In this document: positions 9,971-20,100 of the stretch, in pieces | How positions within the stretch are numbered: the stretch's first letter is position 1 | Layout of the letters: the number at the start of each line of letters is the position of its first letter | Assembly: GCA_037968695.1 (NCBI GenBank) | Contig: JBBKWA010000157.1 | Location: 3,590-67,589 of the forward strand | DNA length: 64,000 bases | DNA from: Saprospiraceae bacterium | GTDB taxonomy: Bacteria > Bacteroidota > Bacteroidia > Chitinophagales > Saprospiraceae | Direction: 5' to 3' | Notes under the pieces: model-generated | Databases searched by the model: none | What the model saw: only the letters and a program-made list of their open reading frames with translations | What the model was told of the DNA's origin: nothing | Translations under genes and position numbers: made by a program

Positions 9971-11109
9971 TAGACTTTTTCCTTTTGGCCAATATCGGAA
10001 ATAATATCTATTGCTGCTGCCTCTGCCCCACCCCCTGCAGTCAACAAATCAGCGAGTTGCCTGTAGTCTTCTTTTATTTTTTTCGTCACCACAGGTTGCA
10101 TGATTTGTGTCAATTGTTGGAACATGTTCTCTGCATTGCACGCGGATTGGATCAATTCAGGAACAATTAGTTTGTCCATAATTAAATTAACAAGTGAGAT
10201 GTATTTGACTTTTATCAACCGCTTTGCCAATTGGTAAGAAAAAGTAGTGCCTTTATAAACTACGATTTGCGGAACACCCAACAACGCTGTTTCAAGCGTT
10301 GCTGTTCCGGAAGTCACGACAGCGGCTTCGCTATACATCATGACCTTTTTCATATCACCACCAATGATCTCCACATTGTCAAATTCCATTAACCATTTTT
10401 CAAATATTGATTTTGGTAGATGAGGAACAGCCGCAACCGAAAAATGATGTTGTGGCATCTTGCGAATCAATGCTGCCATCACTGGAAGAATCCGATCGAC
10501 TTCATGTTTTCTACTCCCAGGCAATAAAGCAATATGATTTTCTTTTGGTGAATAGTTAAAATCATTTGCACGCTTTATTTCTACGGCCAATGGATGTCCG
10601 ATATACATCACCTGCATGCCATACTGTTCGTAAAATTCTTGCTCAAAAGGCAGAATGACATACATTTTTCGGACCGCTTTTTTTATCCCATGGACTCTGG
10701 ACGTATGCCAGGCCCATAGTTGCGGAGAGATATAATAGTAGACCGGGATATTATGCTTGAAAGCCCATTTCGCAATGCGCAAATTAAATCCGGGGTAATC
10801 CACCAGAATAAGTGCATCCGGAGAAAACGATAAAATCTCTTTTTTTGCTTTGCTAAAATTTCGGAGTATGGCTGGAAGATGTTTGACTACTTCTGCAAAA
10901 CCCATAAAGGCCAGATCACGATAATGTTTTGTGACTTTAACCCCGACACTTTCCATCGCTTCACCACCCCAGCCGATCATCTCGGCCTTGGTATCATGTC
11001 GATGAATAGCCGCACAGAGGAGCGCAGCTTGTTTATCTCCACTCGCTTCCCCTGCTAGCAGATAATATTTCAAAACTGGATCATTTTTAAACCAAACTTC
11101 CAAAACCAA
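9970..11109 (-). CDS. lpxB: lipid-A-disaccharide synthase
   Basis: KYYLLAGEASGD N-terminus and overall LpxB-like sequence. The ATG at 11109 overlaps the upstream gene by 40 nt. A TTG at 11073-11071 overlapping that gene's TGA (TTGA) gives the canonical (M)KYYLLAGEASGD start and is probably the true start. Confidence 0.85.
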   Translation of the reverse strand: MVLEVWFKNDPVLKYYLLAGEASGDKQAALLCAAIHRHDTKAEMIGWGGEAMESVGVKVTKHYRDLAFMGFAEVVKHLPAILRNFSKAKKEILSFSPDALILVDYPGFNLRIAKWAFKHNIPVYYYISPQLWAWHTSRVHGIKKAVRKMYVILPFEQEFYEQYGMQVMYIGHPLAVEIKRANDFNYSPKENHIALLPGSRKHEVDRILPVMAALIRKMPQHHFSVAAVPHLPKSIFEKWLMEFDNVEIIGGDMKKVMMYSEAAVVTSGTATLETALLGVPQIVVYKGTTFSYQLAKRLIKVKYISLVNLIMDKLIVPELIQSACNAENMFQQLTQIMQPVVTKKIKEDYRQLADLLTAGGGAEAAAIDIISDIGQKEKV

Positions 11110-11387
11110 ATACCGACAAGGAGCATACTGGCGATTAAAGCCCCTCGCATAGTTTCATGATATCGGTGCGATTTGCGAATGCCTTGCATGATCACGAGAT
11201 TGGAACAGATCGCAATCAAAGCGAGTGTACGTGTTCTAAAATCTTCAGCAAAACCATAATCACTAAATACACCCACTGAATCCATAAATGAATAAATCAA
11301 TAAAAGCAGCAAGTACACCAGTATCGGGCTCACTATACCCAGTAAAAGGCCAACCCAAACAGAATCTTTTTTTAGAAATTGCATCAT
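11070..11387 (-). CDS. small integral membrane protein, hypothetical
   Basis: 105 aa with three hydrophobic helices, wedged between surE and lpxB in the same orientation. Confidence 0.5.
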   Translation of the reverse strand: MMQFLKKDSVWVGLLLGIVSPILVYLLLLLIYSFMDSVGVFSDYGFAEDFRTRTLALIAICSNLVIMQGIRKSHRYHETMRGALIASMLLVGIWFWKFGLKMIQF

Positions 11388-11390
11388 GCC

Positions 11391-12176
11391 TTAAAGAACT
11401 ATTGATTCCATGTCTTTTAATAATGGAATCGATTGATGGTGTGTTAGATCATGCCATGAAGGAACGATCGAAATATATCCTTTCTGTAATACCGTAATAT
11501 CAGCTTCGTCCCGTGTATCTTCAGAAGCAAACTTGCCGGTAAGCCAGTAATATTTTTGGCCTCTTGGATCTTCTCCTTCAACAAACTCTTCGACCCAGCG
11601 ACCCTCTCCCTGCAGACATACTTTCATCCCTTTGATCGGCCCAAGCTTTGGATGTGGAATATTTACATTTAACAGATTTGCGTCCTGCAGCCCATGTTTG
11701 AGTACATGCTGAATAATCGATTTGATCCATGGTGCTGCTGGATTGAAGTTGGCATCCATGGAATAATCCTCAAGACTGAAACCAATGGAATCAATTCCTT
11801 CTATGGAAGCTTCCATGGCCGCTGACATCGTTCCTGAATAAAGGATATTAATCGACGCATTAGAGCCATGATTGATGCCTGACACACAAAGATCAATCGT
11901 TCTGTCTTTGAGTAGCACGTTTTTAGCCAGTTTCACGCAATCCACCGGTGTGCCTGAACACTCATAAGCTTCTATGCCCCCAAAAGCATCCACCTTATTT
12001 AACCGAATAGGGTCAGATAAAGTCACCGCATGGCCTTTTGCTGATTGGGGTGAATTTGGTGCAACAACAATTACTTCACCCAACTCACGGGCTATTTCCA
12101 CTAGTTTGTGTATCCCCGGTGCAAACATGCCATCATCATTGGTTACCAATATAAGTGGTCGCAAATTGTTGCTCAT
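11391..12176 (-). CDS. surE: 5'/3'-nucleotidase SurE
   Basis: ILVTNDDG N-terminal motif, GINHGSN and SGTMSAAMEA motifs. Confidence 0.9.
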   Translation of the reverse strand: MSNNLRPLILVTNDDGMFAPGIHKLVEIARELGEVIVVAPNSPQSAKGHAVTLSDPIRLNKVDAFGGIEAYECSGTPVDCVKLAKNVLLKDRTIDLCVSGINHGSNASINILYSGTMSAAMEASIEGIDSIGFSLEDYSMDANFNPAAPWIKSIIQHVLKHGLQDANLLNVNIPHPKLGPIKGMKVCLQGEGRWVEEFVEGEDPRGQKYYWLTGKFASEDTRDEADITVLQKGYISIVPSWHDLTHHQSIPLLKDMESIVL

Positions 12177-12196
12177 TATATTTCTATTAGAAAAAT

Positions 12197-13594
12197 TTAT
12201 AAGTGAATGACTTCATCATAAGCAACGGCAGCAGCCTCCATTACTGCCTCACTCATGGTTGGATGAGGATGCACTGTTTTAATTAATTCCATGCCTGTTG
12301 CCTCCAATTTACGTGCTAGCACAATCTCTGCAATCATGTCTGTTACACCATGCCCTATCATGTGCGCCCCGAGTATTTCGCCATACTTGCTATCAAAAAT
12401 CAGTTTCACAAATCCTTCCGGATGTCCTACTGCCTTTGCTTTACCACTGGCGGTGAAAGGGAATTTACCGATCTTAATGTCTAGTCCGGCCTCTTTCGCT
12501 TGATTTTCGGTCATTCCTACTGACGCTATCTCAGGCTGGCTAAACGTGCACGATGGTAAGTTACCGTAATCCATAGGCTCAGGATGATGCCCTGCAATTT
12601 TCTCAACGCAAATAATTCCCTCTGCAGATGCGACATGTGCTAATGCCGGTCCTTCCGTTATATCACCGATGGCGTATATGCCACCAACATTGGTCTCATA
12701 CCATTCATTGACAACTACTTTATCTTTTTCCGTTTTGATACCAAGAGTTTCCAGTCCAAGGTTTTCAAGATTTGAAGCTACTCCTGCCGCTGACAAAACC
12801 AGATCACATTTGATTTCTGATACATTGCCGGACTTTCTGTCTTTGGCTGTAACAATAATTGTTTTGCCTTTTGTCTCCACCTTTTCAACTGCCGTATTTC
12901 CCATGACATCTATTCCACTTTTAGTGAATTGGCGTTTAAGTTCTTTTGAAACTTCATGATCTTCCCTCGGTACTAATCCTTGTTCCAGAAACTCAATGAC
13001 AGTCACTTTTGTGCCCATGGCATTGTAGAAATAGGCAAACTCGACGCCGATCGCGCCGGCACCGATGACCACTAATGACTTCGGCAATTTTTCCGGTACC
13101 ATCGCCTTTCGGTATTCAATCACCTTGTCCCCATCAATTGGAATATTCGGAAGTGCTTTGGCTCTTGCGCCTGTGGCTAGAATGATATGCTCTCCTTCGT
13201 AGGTGGTAACGGCCCCTTTATCATCTGTCACTTCGACTTTTTTTCCACGGACCAGTTTTCCGGAGCCCATGATCACGTCGATCTTGTTTTTCTTCATCAG
13301 AAACTGCACACCTTTACTCATACTATCGGCTATATCTCTTGATCGCTTAATGACGGCACCCAAATCAGCATCGGCACCCTTAACCGTAATACCAAAATCC
13401 TCAGCATGGCTTAAATAATTAAACACATCAGCGCTTTTCAATAACGCTTTAGTAGGTATGCAACCCCAGTTAAGGCAGATGCCTCCCAGGGATTCTCTTT
13501 CGATAACAGCTGTTTTGAGTCCAAGTTGACTAGCCCGTATTGCCGCTACATAACCTCCAGGACCACTTCCCACAACGATAACATTATATTTCAT
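12197..13594 (-). CDS. lpdA: dihydrolipoyl dehydrogenase
   Basis: GSGPGGY FAD motif, redox-active disulfide GGICLNWGCIPTK, C-terminal HPHPTMSE interface motif. Confidence 0.92.
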   Translation of the reverse strand: MKYNVIVVGSGPGGYVAAIRASQLGLKTAVIERESLGGICLNWGCIPTKALLKSADVFNYLSHAEDFGITVKGADADLGAVIKRSRDIADSMSKGVQFLMKKNKIDVIMGSGKLVRGKKVEVTDDKGAVTTYEGEHIILATGARAKALPNIPIDGDKVIEYRKAMVPEKLPKSLVVIGAGAIGVEFAYFYNAMGTKVTVIEFLEQGLVPREDHEVSKELKRQFTKSGIDVMGNTAVEKVETKGKTIIVTAKDRKSGNVSEIKCDLVLSAAGVASNLENLGLETLGIKTEKDKVVVNEWYETNVGGIYAIGDITEGPALAHVASAEGIICVEKIAGHHPEPMDYGNLPSCTFSQPEIASVGMTENQAKEAGLDIKIGKFPFTASGKAKAVGHPEGFVKLIFDSKYGEILGAHMIGHGVTDMIAEIVLARKLEATGMELIKTVHPHPTMSEAVMEAAAVAYDEVIHL

Positions 13595-13677
13595 AGCTAT
13601 TTGATTGATTTAGTGCGCAAATATAAGGCGCAAAAGCACAGTACCGGCCCCAGATAGTATTAGAACCTAATTCTCCT

Positions 13678-13685
13678 TACATTTG
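13678..13685 (+). promoter_or_regulatory. candidate -7 promoter element TACATTTG ahead of the TPP riboswitch
   Basis: Exact TAnnTTTG match about 15 nt upstream of the aptamer 5' end. Confidence 0.35.
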
Positions 13686-13700
13686 TTGACTTTCTATTTA

Positions 13701-13772
13701 TACGGGGTGCCTAAAAAATTCAGGCTGAGATCAGACCCTTCGAACCTGTCCGGATAATGCCGGAAAGGGAAA
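13701..13772 (+). promoter_or_regulatory. TPP (THI-box) riboswitch aptamer
   Basis: tacGGGGTGCctaaaaaattcaGGCTGAGAtcagACCCTTcGAACCTGtcCGGATAATGCCGGaaAGGGAAa contains the universally conserved THI-element blocks (GGGGUGC, CUGAGA, ACCC, GAACCUG, GGAUAAUGCC, AGGGA) in the correct order and spacing. It ends 10 nt before the ATG at 13782. Confidence 0.85.
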
Positions 13773-13781
13773 TATGTAACT

Positions 13782-16265
13782 ATGAAACAGTATTATTTTA
13801 AAACACTTTTTCGTTTTTCAAGCCTTCAGGGTATTGGTCGAACGATTTTTGTAATAGGGTTGCTATTTACAGCAAATCTGCTTGCTGCCCAGTATTATAT
13901 ACTCGGGCGGGGTCTGGATGATAACGAGAAGCCCTATGACTATGCCACAGCTGAATTACGTGGCGAGGACTACCAAGAACAGCAACAATGTACTGACCAG
14001 GGCGTCTTCCGGTTTGAAAACCTTAAATCCGGATCCTATGAACTGGTCATTATTACCGCCTATGGTATTAGACGAAAGAAAATAGAACTCAGAGGCAGTA
14101 TCGATATCACGCTCCATATCCCAAGGAATATCAAAATGGATGAGATCAGTGTCGTTGCCAGCGTTGCCGGTGATAAAGCACCGGTCACCCATAATAATGT
14201 TACCGCTGCGGAAATTGAAAAAAAGGACTTTGCCCAGGATATTCCTTTTCTTCTTGAAGGCACACCTTCATTAGTCACTACTTCTGATGCCGGACAGGGC
14301 ATTGGCTATTCAGGGCTTCGCATTCGGGGAACAGATCCTACCCGTATCAATGTCACTTTGAATGGTATTCCAATTAATGACTCAGAATCTCAAAATGTGT
14401 TTTGGGTCAATATGCCCGATCTGGCTAGTTCTACTACCAATATTCAGGTGCAGCGAGGCCTTGGCTGGAGTAAGCCAGGCGTGGGTGATCTCGGAGGAGG
14501 TGTCCACATCAATACCTTAGGATTCAACTACGAGCCGTATGGAACACTAAAACTGGGAGGAGGAAGCTTTAATACCAAACGGGCAACAGTGGGTGTAGGA
14601 TCAGGATTAATCAATGGGCGCTTTACCCTTGATGGTAGAATCAGCTACATCTCCTCTGATGGTTTCATCGATAGGGCAAAAAGTGATCTCTACGCTTTCT
14701 ATGGTTCCGCGGGATATCACCACGATCAGACTAATATCACGCTGGTGTATGCGCTAGGCGATGAAGACACCTACCAAGCCTGGAATGGCGTACCTGAACA
14801 ATATATCAACGACTCAAATTTAAGAACCTATAATTCCGCAGGAGCCGAAAAGCCTGGAGATCCATACGATAATGAAGTTGATGATTATCGACAAAGTCAC
14901 GTGCAGTTACATTTTGATCAGGCCATTACCCCTTTTACACGTTGGACAAACGCGCTGCATTATACCAAAGGATCAGGTTATTTTGAACAGTATAAAGCAG
15001 ATCAGAATCTTAATGATTATGGTATCGAGGGGTCTCCAGCCCCTTCTGATCTCGTCCGGCAACGGTGGCTAGACAATGACTTCTATGGGATCACTTCTAC
15101 ACTCCAAATAGGGTCACCGGAAGAAAGATATTTTATCATTGGTGGAGCATGGAACAAATATCTCGGCCGCCATTTTGGCGAGGTTATCTGGACCGAAGCA
15201 GGCGTACCATTGGAGGAACTGCCTGCTTACTATGATAATGATGCCGAAAAAACTGATGGGAATATTTATGCCCGTAGCAATACAAAGATCACCGACCAAT
15301 TTAACATCACTGTTGATTTACAAGGTCGATGGATTAACTATGACTTCGTAGGACCAAATGAAAATGGCAACCCTACCGATCAGGAAGTTTCACTTAAGTT
15401 TTTTAATCCTAAGTTGGGTTTTAATTATTCCGCTGGCGAACATGGCTCTTTTTATGCCTTGACAGGAATTGTCAACAAAGAACCCAATCGCGATGACTAT
15501 ACGGAGTCAACACCTTTAAGCCAACCAAAAGCCGAGCGATTATGGGATACTGAGCTAGGGTATAGATATCATAAAAATGATTTAAAATTGGAGCTCGTTG
15601 GCTATTACATGGATTACAAAAATCAGCTTGCCCTTACGGGGCAACTTAATGATGTCGGCGCTTATACGCGGATCAATGTGGATAAAAGCCATCGACTTGG
15701 GATAGAAGCTTTGGCCTCTTACAAGCCTATAGCCAACTTGGAAATATCCGGGTCCGCCACAATTAGTGAAAGTAAAATCAATGCTTTTGATGAATATATC
15801 GATGACTGGGATGCAGGTAATCAGCAGATTGTACAGCATGAAAATACGGACCTTTCATTCTCCCCTTCCCTCCTGGCCAATCTCCTGCTTGACTATACGC
15901 TTATTACAAATGAAAACCATTTGTTGACGGTAGATCTGGGTGGAAGATATATTGGAAAGCAATTTGTCGACAACACGTCAAATGAGGCTTCCGCTTTAAA
16001 AGCCTATAGTCTTGCGGATCTTGGTCTTCATTGGACCTTATTCAATAAAATTGGAAAAGACATGCACCTCGGCTTGTTTGTTAAAAACGTCTTCGATTCA
16101 AAATATGAATCCAATGGATGGATTTACCGATTCCAGAGTGGTAGTTATGACCCGACACCCGATGATCCCTATGCCGGATCGGAAGGAAACGGTCAGTACC
16201 ATCTAAAAGGGTACTACCCGCAAGCCGGGCGATACTACCTTTTACAGTTCAGTCTAAATTTCTGA
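13782..16265 (+). CDS. TonB-dependent outer-membrane receptor (TPP-riboswitch controlled, putative thiamin-related uptake)
   Basis: 827 aa. N-terminal carboxypeptidase-regulatory-like domain, plug region (DIPFLLEGTPSLV, GLRIRG), long beta-barrel, C-terminal aromatic residue (LNF). Confidence 0.85.
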   Translation: MKQYYFKTLFRFSSLQGIGRTIFVIGLLFTANLLAAQYYILGRGLDDNEKPYDYATAELRGEDYQEQQQCTDQGVFRFENLKSGSYELVIITAYGIRRKKIELRGSIDITLHIPRNIKMDEISVVASVAGDKAPVTHNNVTAAEIEKKDFAQDIPFLLEGTPSLVTTSDAGQGIGYSGLRIRGTDPTRINVTLNGIPINDSESQNVFWVNMPDLASSTTNIQVQRGLGWSKPGVGDLGGGVHINTLGFNYEPYGTLKLGGGSFNTKRATVGVGSGLINGRFTLDGRISYISSDGFIDRAKSDLYAFYGSAGYHHDQTNITLVYALGDEDTYQAWNGVPEQYINDSNLRTYNSAGAEKPGDPYDNEVDDYRQSHVQLHFDQAITPFTRWTNALHYTKGSGYFEQYKADQNLNDYGIEGSPAPSDLVRQRWLDNDFYGITSTLQIGSPEERYFIIGGAWNKYLGRHFGEVIWTEAGVPLEELPAYYDNDAEKTDGNIYARSNTKITDQFNITVDLQGRWINYDFVGPNENGNPTDQEVSLKFFNPKLGFNYSAGEHGSFYALTGIVNKEPNRDDYTESTPLSQPKAERLWDTELGYRYHKNDLKLELVGYYMDYKNQLALTGQLNDVGAYTRINVDKSHRLGIEALASYKPIANLEISGSATISESKINAFDEYIDDWDAGNQQIVQHENTDLSFSPSLLANLLLDYTLITNENHLLTVDLGGRYIGKQFVDNTSNEASALKAYSLADLGLHWTLFNKIGKDMHLGLFVKNVFDSKYESNGWIYRFQSGSYDPTPDDPYAGSEGNGQYHLKGYYPQAGRYYLLQFSLNF

Positions 16266-16943
16266 TTAATAATTCATTGTAAAACCCACTCGGAATGTAA
16301 ATGTTGGCCCATAAAGATATGGGTCATCAAGCAGGTTGTAATGTATAGATACGAACGAACCAAATGGGTAACCAGAAGCTATCCCTAAGCCCAAATACAA
16401 GAAATCCTGCCCGTATGTTTCCGAAAGAATTTTTGTCTTATCTGAATTGAGGATATAGTTACCAAAATCGTCGTAATCCGGTCTCGAAAGAAAAGCATGC
16501 TCATATTCAGCTTGAAGGAATAGACTCTGCAAGAATGGGGTAGTTCCTTCCATCTTTAGTAGTGGTTTCCATCGCGTAAATAAGGTCGGTCCTACATTAA
16601 AAGCATCATACTTCAATCCACTGAAGGGATCCTTTGTGTGGTAGTAGTTCATTTTCATCATGAACCCAACAGCCAAATTTATATCCAGCCTGTAGGCTAG
16701 ATTAGGATCCAGGCCTAACTGGTAGGAATTTCTGGTAAAATAAATACTCCCAAGATTTACTCCCCACCCCCATTTGGAGGGTTCCATGGTTTTAACATTT
16801 TTTTCTTTGTCCTTAGCGGCTTTTTCAGCCTCTACCTCCTCCGGACGGACAAATTTCTTCTTCCCGGTCGTCTGTGAATGTCCTGCTACGACAAAAAACA
16901 AAATTATAAGGGTCGGGAATAATGTTCTGAGAATGAGCCTCAT
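16266..16943 (-). CDS. hypothetical outer-membrane beta-barrel protein
   Basis: 225 aa with a signal peptide, alternating aromatic/Gly-rich strands and a C-terminal ...FTMNY. Confidence 0.5.
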   Translation of the reverse strand: MRLILRTLFPTLIILFFVVAGHSQTTGKKKFVRPEEVEAEKAAKDKEKNVKTMEPSKWGWGVNLGSIYFTRNSYQLGLDPNLAYRLDINLAVGFMMKMNYYHTKDPFSGLKYDAFNVGPTLFTRWKPLLKMEGTTPFLQSLFLQAEYEHAFLSRPDYDDFGNYILNSDKTKILSETYGQDFLYLGLGIASGYPFGSFVSIHYNLLDDPYLYGPTFTFRVGFTMNY

Positions 16944-17128
16944 TATGAATTTTTATAATGTGAAACCAGCATATTGACTGACAAATAGATAACTTTTTTG
17001 GTTAATATGGAAATAATCAACTTACTTTTTATGTAATTTGCGCCATAATCTCCGCCATATTAGTAACTACCAACTAAGAGAACTAACTATTCTAACCACT
17101 TAATTGTTGTCTGACAAACATTTTAGGA

Positions 17129-20100
17129 ATGAACAAAAAGCTAATAAGTACACCACTCGTCGTTTTCACCTTCTTAATTTTCCTCTTTTCACCCCTTCAA
17201 GGGCAGGAGACAATTCGTTTCAAAGCACAGCGTGCGACAGATGTTGAGGCAGGTCTTTTGAAAGCGCATTTCAAGGATTATACCCTTGCCACATTAAACA
17301 CGGAAACGGTCAATGAACTCCTTCAATCGACTGATTATTTTCATGAACTGCTTCTTGACGTTGAAGGCGACGTTTACAGCTTCAATTTAAGGGCAAAAGA
17401 TATTCGTGCTCCTCACTATAAGTTGAGAGCCTGGACACCTGAGGGCACCTATGAGCTCCCGCGGTCTCCCAACAAAACCTATTTTGGCTATACAACGTCC
17501 GGAAATTATGATGTACGCATCACTGCTGATGATAATTTCTTTCAGGCAATGATCATCCAGGAAAAAGATGAGATTTATATCGAACGTGCCAGAAACATCA
17601 TGCCCAATGCACCGGGAAATCAATTTGTCATTTATAAAGGTAGCGACAACCTCAAACAACTTACACTTGATGGCTGTGGTACAGGGCAAGGACAAACACA
17701 TTTTGAAGGGCCTGACAGTCATAATGAAGTTCACGAGGGGCAGGGCAATCGCGCGTGTAAAGAGATTGAAATTGCGCTTGCTGACGATTATAGGATGTTT
17801 GACGACTATGGAAGTGTTGATGCTGTCGAAGATCACAATTTAGCGGTCATAAACAATATTCAAACAAATTACGATTTCGAATTTAACGATGACCTCGAGT
17901 TTGTTGTCGTAGAAATATTTGTAGCTACAAGTCCTGCAACAGATCCATGGTATGACGGCAATAGCCCTTATGATCTATTGGATGATTTTACTGATTGGGG
18001 ACCAGGCGGTTTTTCTAATACACATGATGTTGGTGGCCTGTGGAGTGCTCGAAACTTCACCGGTGATGTGATTGGCGTAGCATGGCTCAATGCGGTATGT
18101 ACTAATTTCAGCTACCATGTTTTGGAGGACTTTACTGGAAATGCACAATTACTTAGAGTATTACAGGCCCATGAATTAGGGCACAACTTTAGTGCCAACC
18201 ACGATGCACCTAATTCAGGATTCATTATGGCACCATCTGTTACTAATACCAATAATTGGTCTAATTCATCAATTAATAGTATTAACAATTATATCAACCA
18301 GATTAATTGTCTTGGACCTTGTGGCGCACCTGTGCCGCCTGTTGCAGCCTTCGAAGCAGATCCCACAGAAGGATGTACACCACTGGTAGTATCTTTTGAC
18401 GATCAGAGTCTCAACAATCCTACTTCATGGTTATGGATGTTTGAAGGCGGTTCGCCAGCTACCAGCACAAATGCAAACCCAACAGTAACCTATGAAGATC
18501 CAGGTCAATTTGATGTGTCCTTGAAAGTAACTAATGCCCAAGGAATGAACACTTTAGTCAAGACTAATTATATTACTGTAGGACAAATTCCTTATGCAGA
18601 CTTTGATTATTTTATTAACGAATTTGAGGTTGACTTTACCAACAATAGTTTTAATGCCGATAGTTATTTTTGGGATTTTGGTGATGGAGATAATTCAACT
18701 AATAGTAATCCATTGCATGCCTATGATGAAGATGGCGTGTATACCGTTACCCTTTCAGCCACCAATGAATGTGGTACAGATGTCTATACTGTAGTCATTG
18801 AAATCATAACATTGCCTTACGCTATTTTCTCCTCTGATATCACGGAAGGTTGTCAACCAATGGAAGTGCAATTCTACAATCTTTCATCTTCTAATGCTCA
18901 GTACTTTAGCTGGTCATTTCCCGGAGGATCTCCGGCAAATTCGAGCAACTTTGAGCCACTTGTGCTTTATGAAACACCCGGAGTCTATAGTGTCACGCTC
19001 ATAGCAACAAACGATGCTGGGGATGATACCTATACCTTAACAAACTACATCACAGTATTAGCACAGCCTAATGCCGAATTCAACTACACGACCAATGGAT
19101 TGCAAGTTACTTTCAATTCCACTGGGAGCTTTGGGGATACCTATTCATGGGATTTTGGTGATGCATCTTATAGTTCTCAGCAAAACCCAGTTCATGTATA
19201 CGATGAAGCAGGGACTTATCAGGTATTTTTGACTTTATCCAATCAATGCGGTCAGAATACGCTGCAACTTCCAGTGACCGTCGCGGGGACGCCGTCTCCT
19301 GCTTTTAGTGCAAACAACCAATATGGTTGTGCTCCACTGGTAGTTCAATTTACAGACATGTCAGGCGGTTCGCCAACTGCTCATAGCTGGGTATTTGAAG
19401 GTGGGATGCCGGCAACAAGCAATATTCCTAATCCTGTTGTCACTTACAATACGCCGGGCCTTTATGATGTCCAACTGACCGTTTCAAATAGCACTGGGAG
19501 TGAAATGATCATTCTTGAGGATTATATAGAAGTTGAATTCCCAACCAACAGTGAATTTTCTTCGAACACCAACGGATTGGAAGTCACTTTCACCAACTTA
19601 TCCTTTAACGCCACTGGCTCGTTTTGGGACTTTGGTGACTCATTTAATAGTACCGAAACCAATCCCGTGCATAGCTATGCAGCAGATGGTGTATATACCG
19701 TCACCCTCATTTCTGAAGGAATATGTGGCAATGATACCAGCACACATCAGGTCAATATTCAAACGCCTCCGCAAGCAGGATTTTCATTCCAGAGTTCAGG
19801 AGATTGTGTTCCTGTCATGGTTACGTTTACAAATGAGAGCAGTGCTAATGCAACTTCATTTCTTTGGTCTTTCCCTGGAGGCATACCATCTACGTCTACA
19901 CAAACCAATCCTGTTGTTACTTATCAAAATGCAGGAACATTCAACGTAAAATTGATTGCCTATTCTGGAGGAGGAACAGATACCATTTCAACAAACGGAT
20001 TTATTACAATTGGCAATGTTCCAAATGCGGCCTTCATGCTTTCCACTAATGACAAGACCGTTACATTTAACAACACAAGTTCCAATGCTATAAGCTATCA

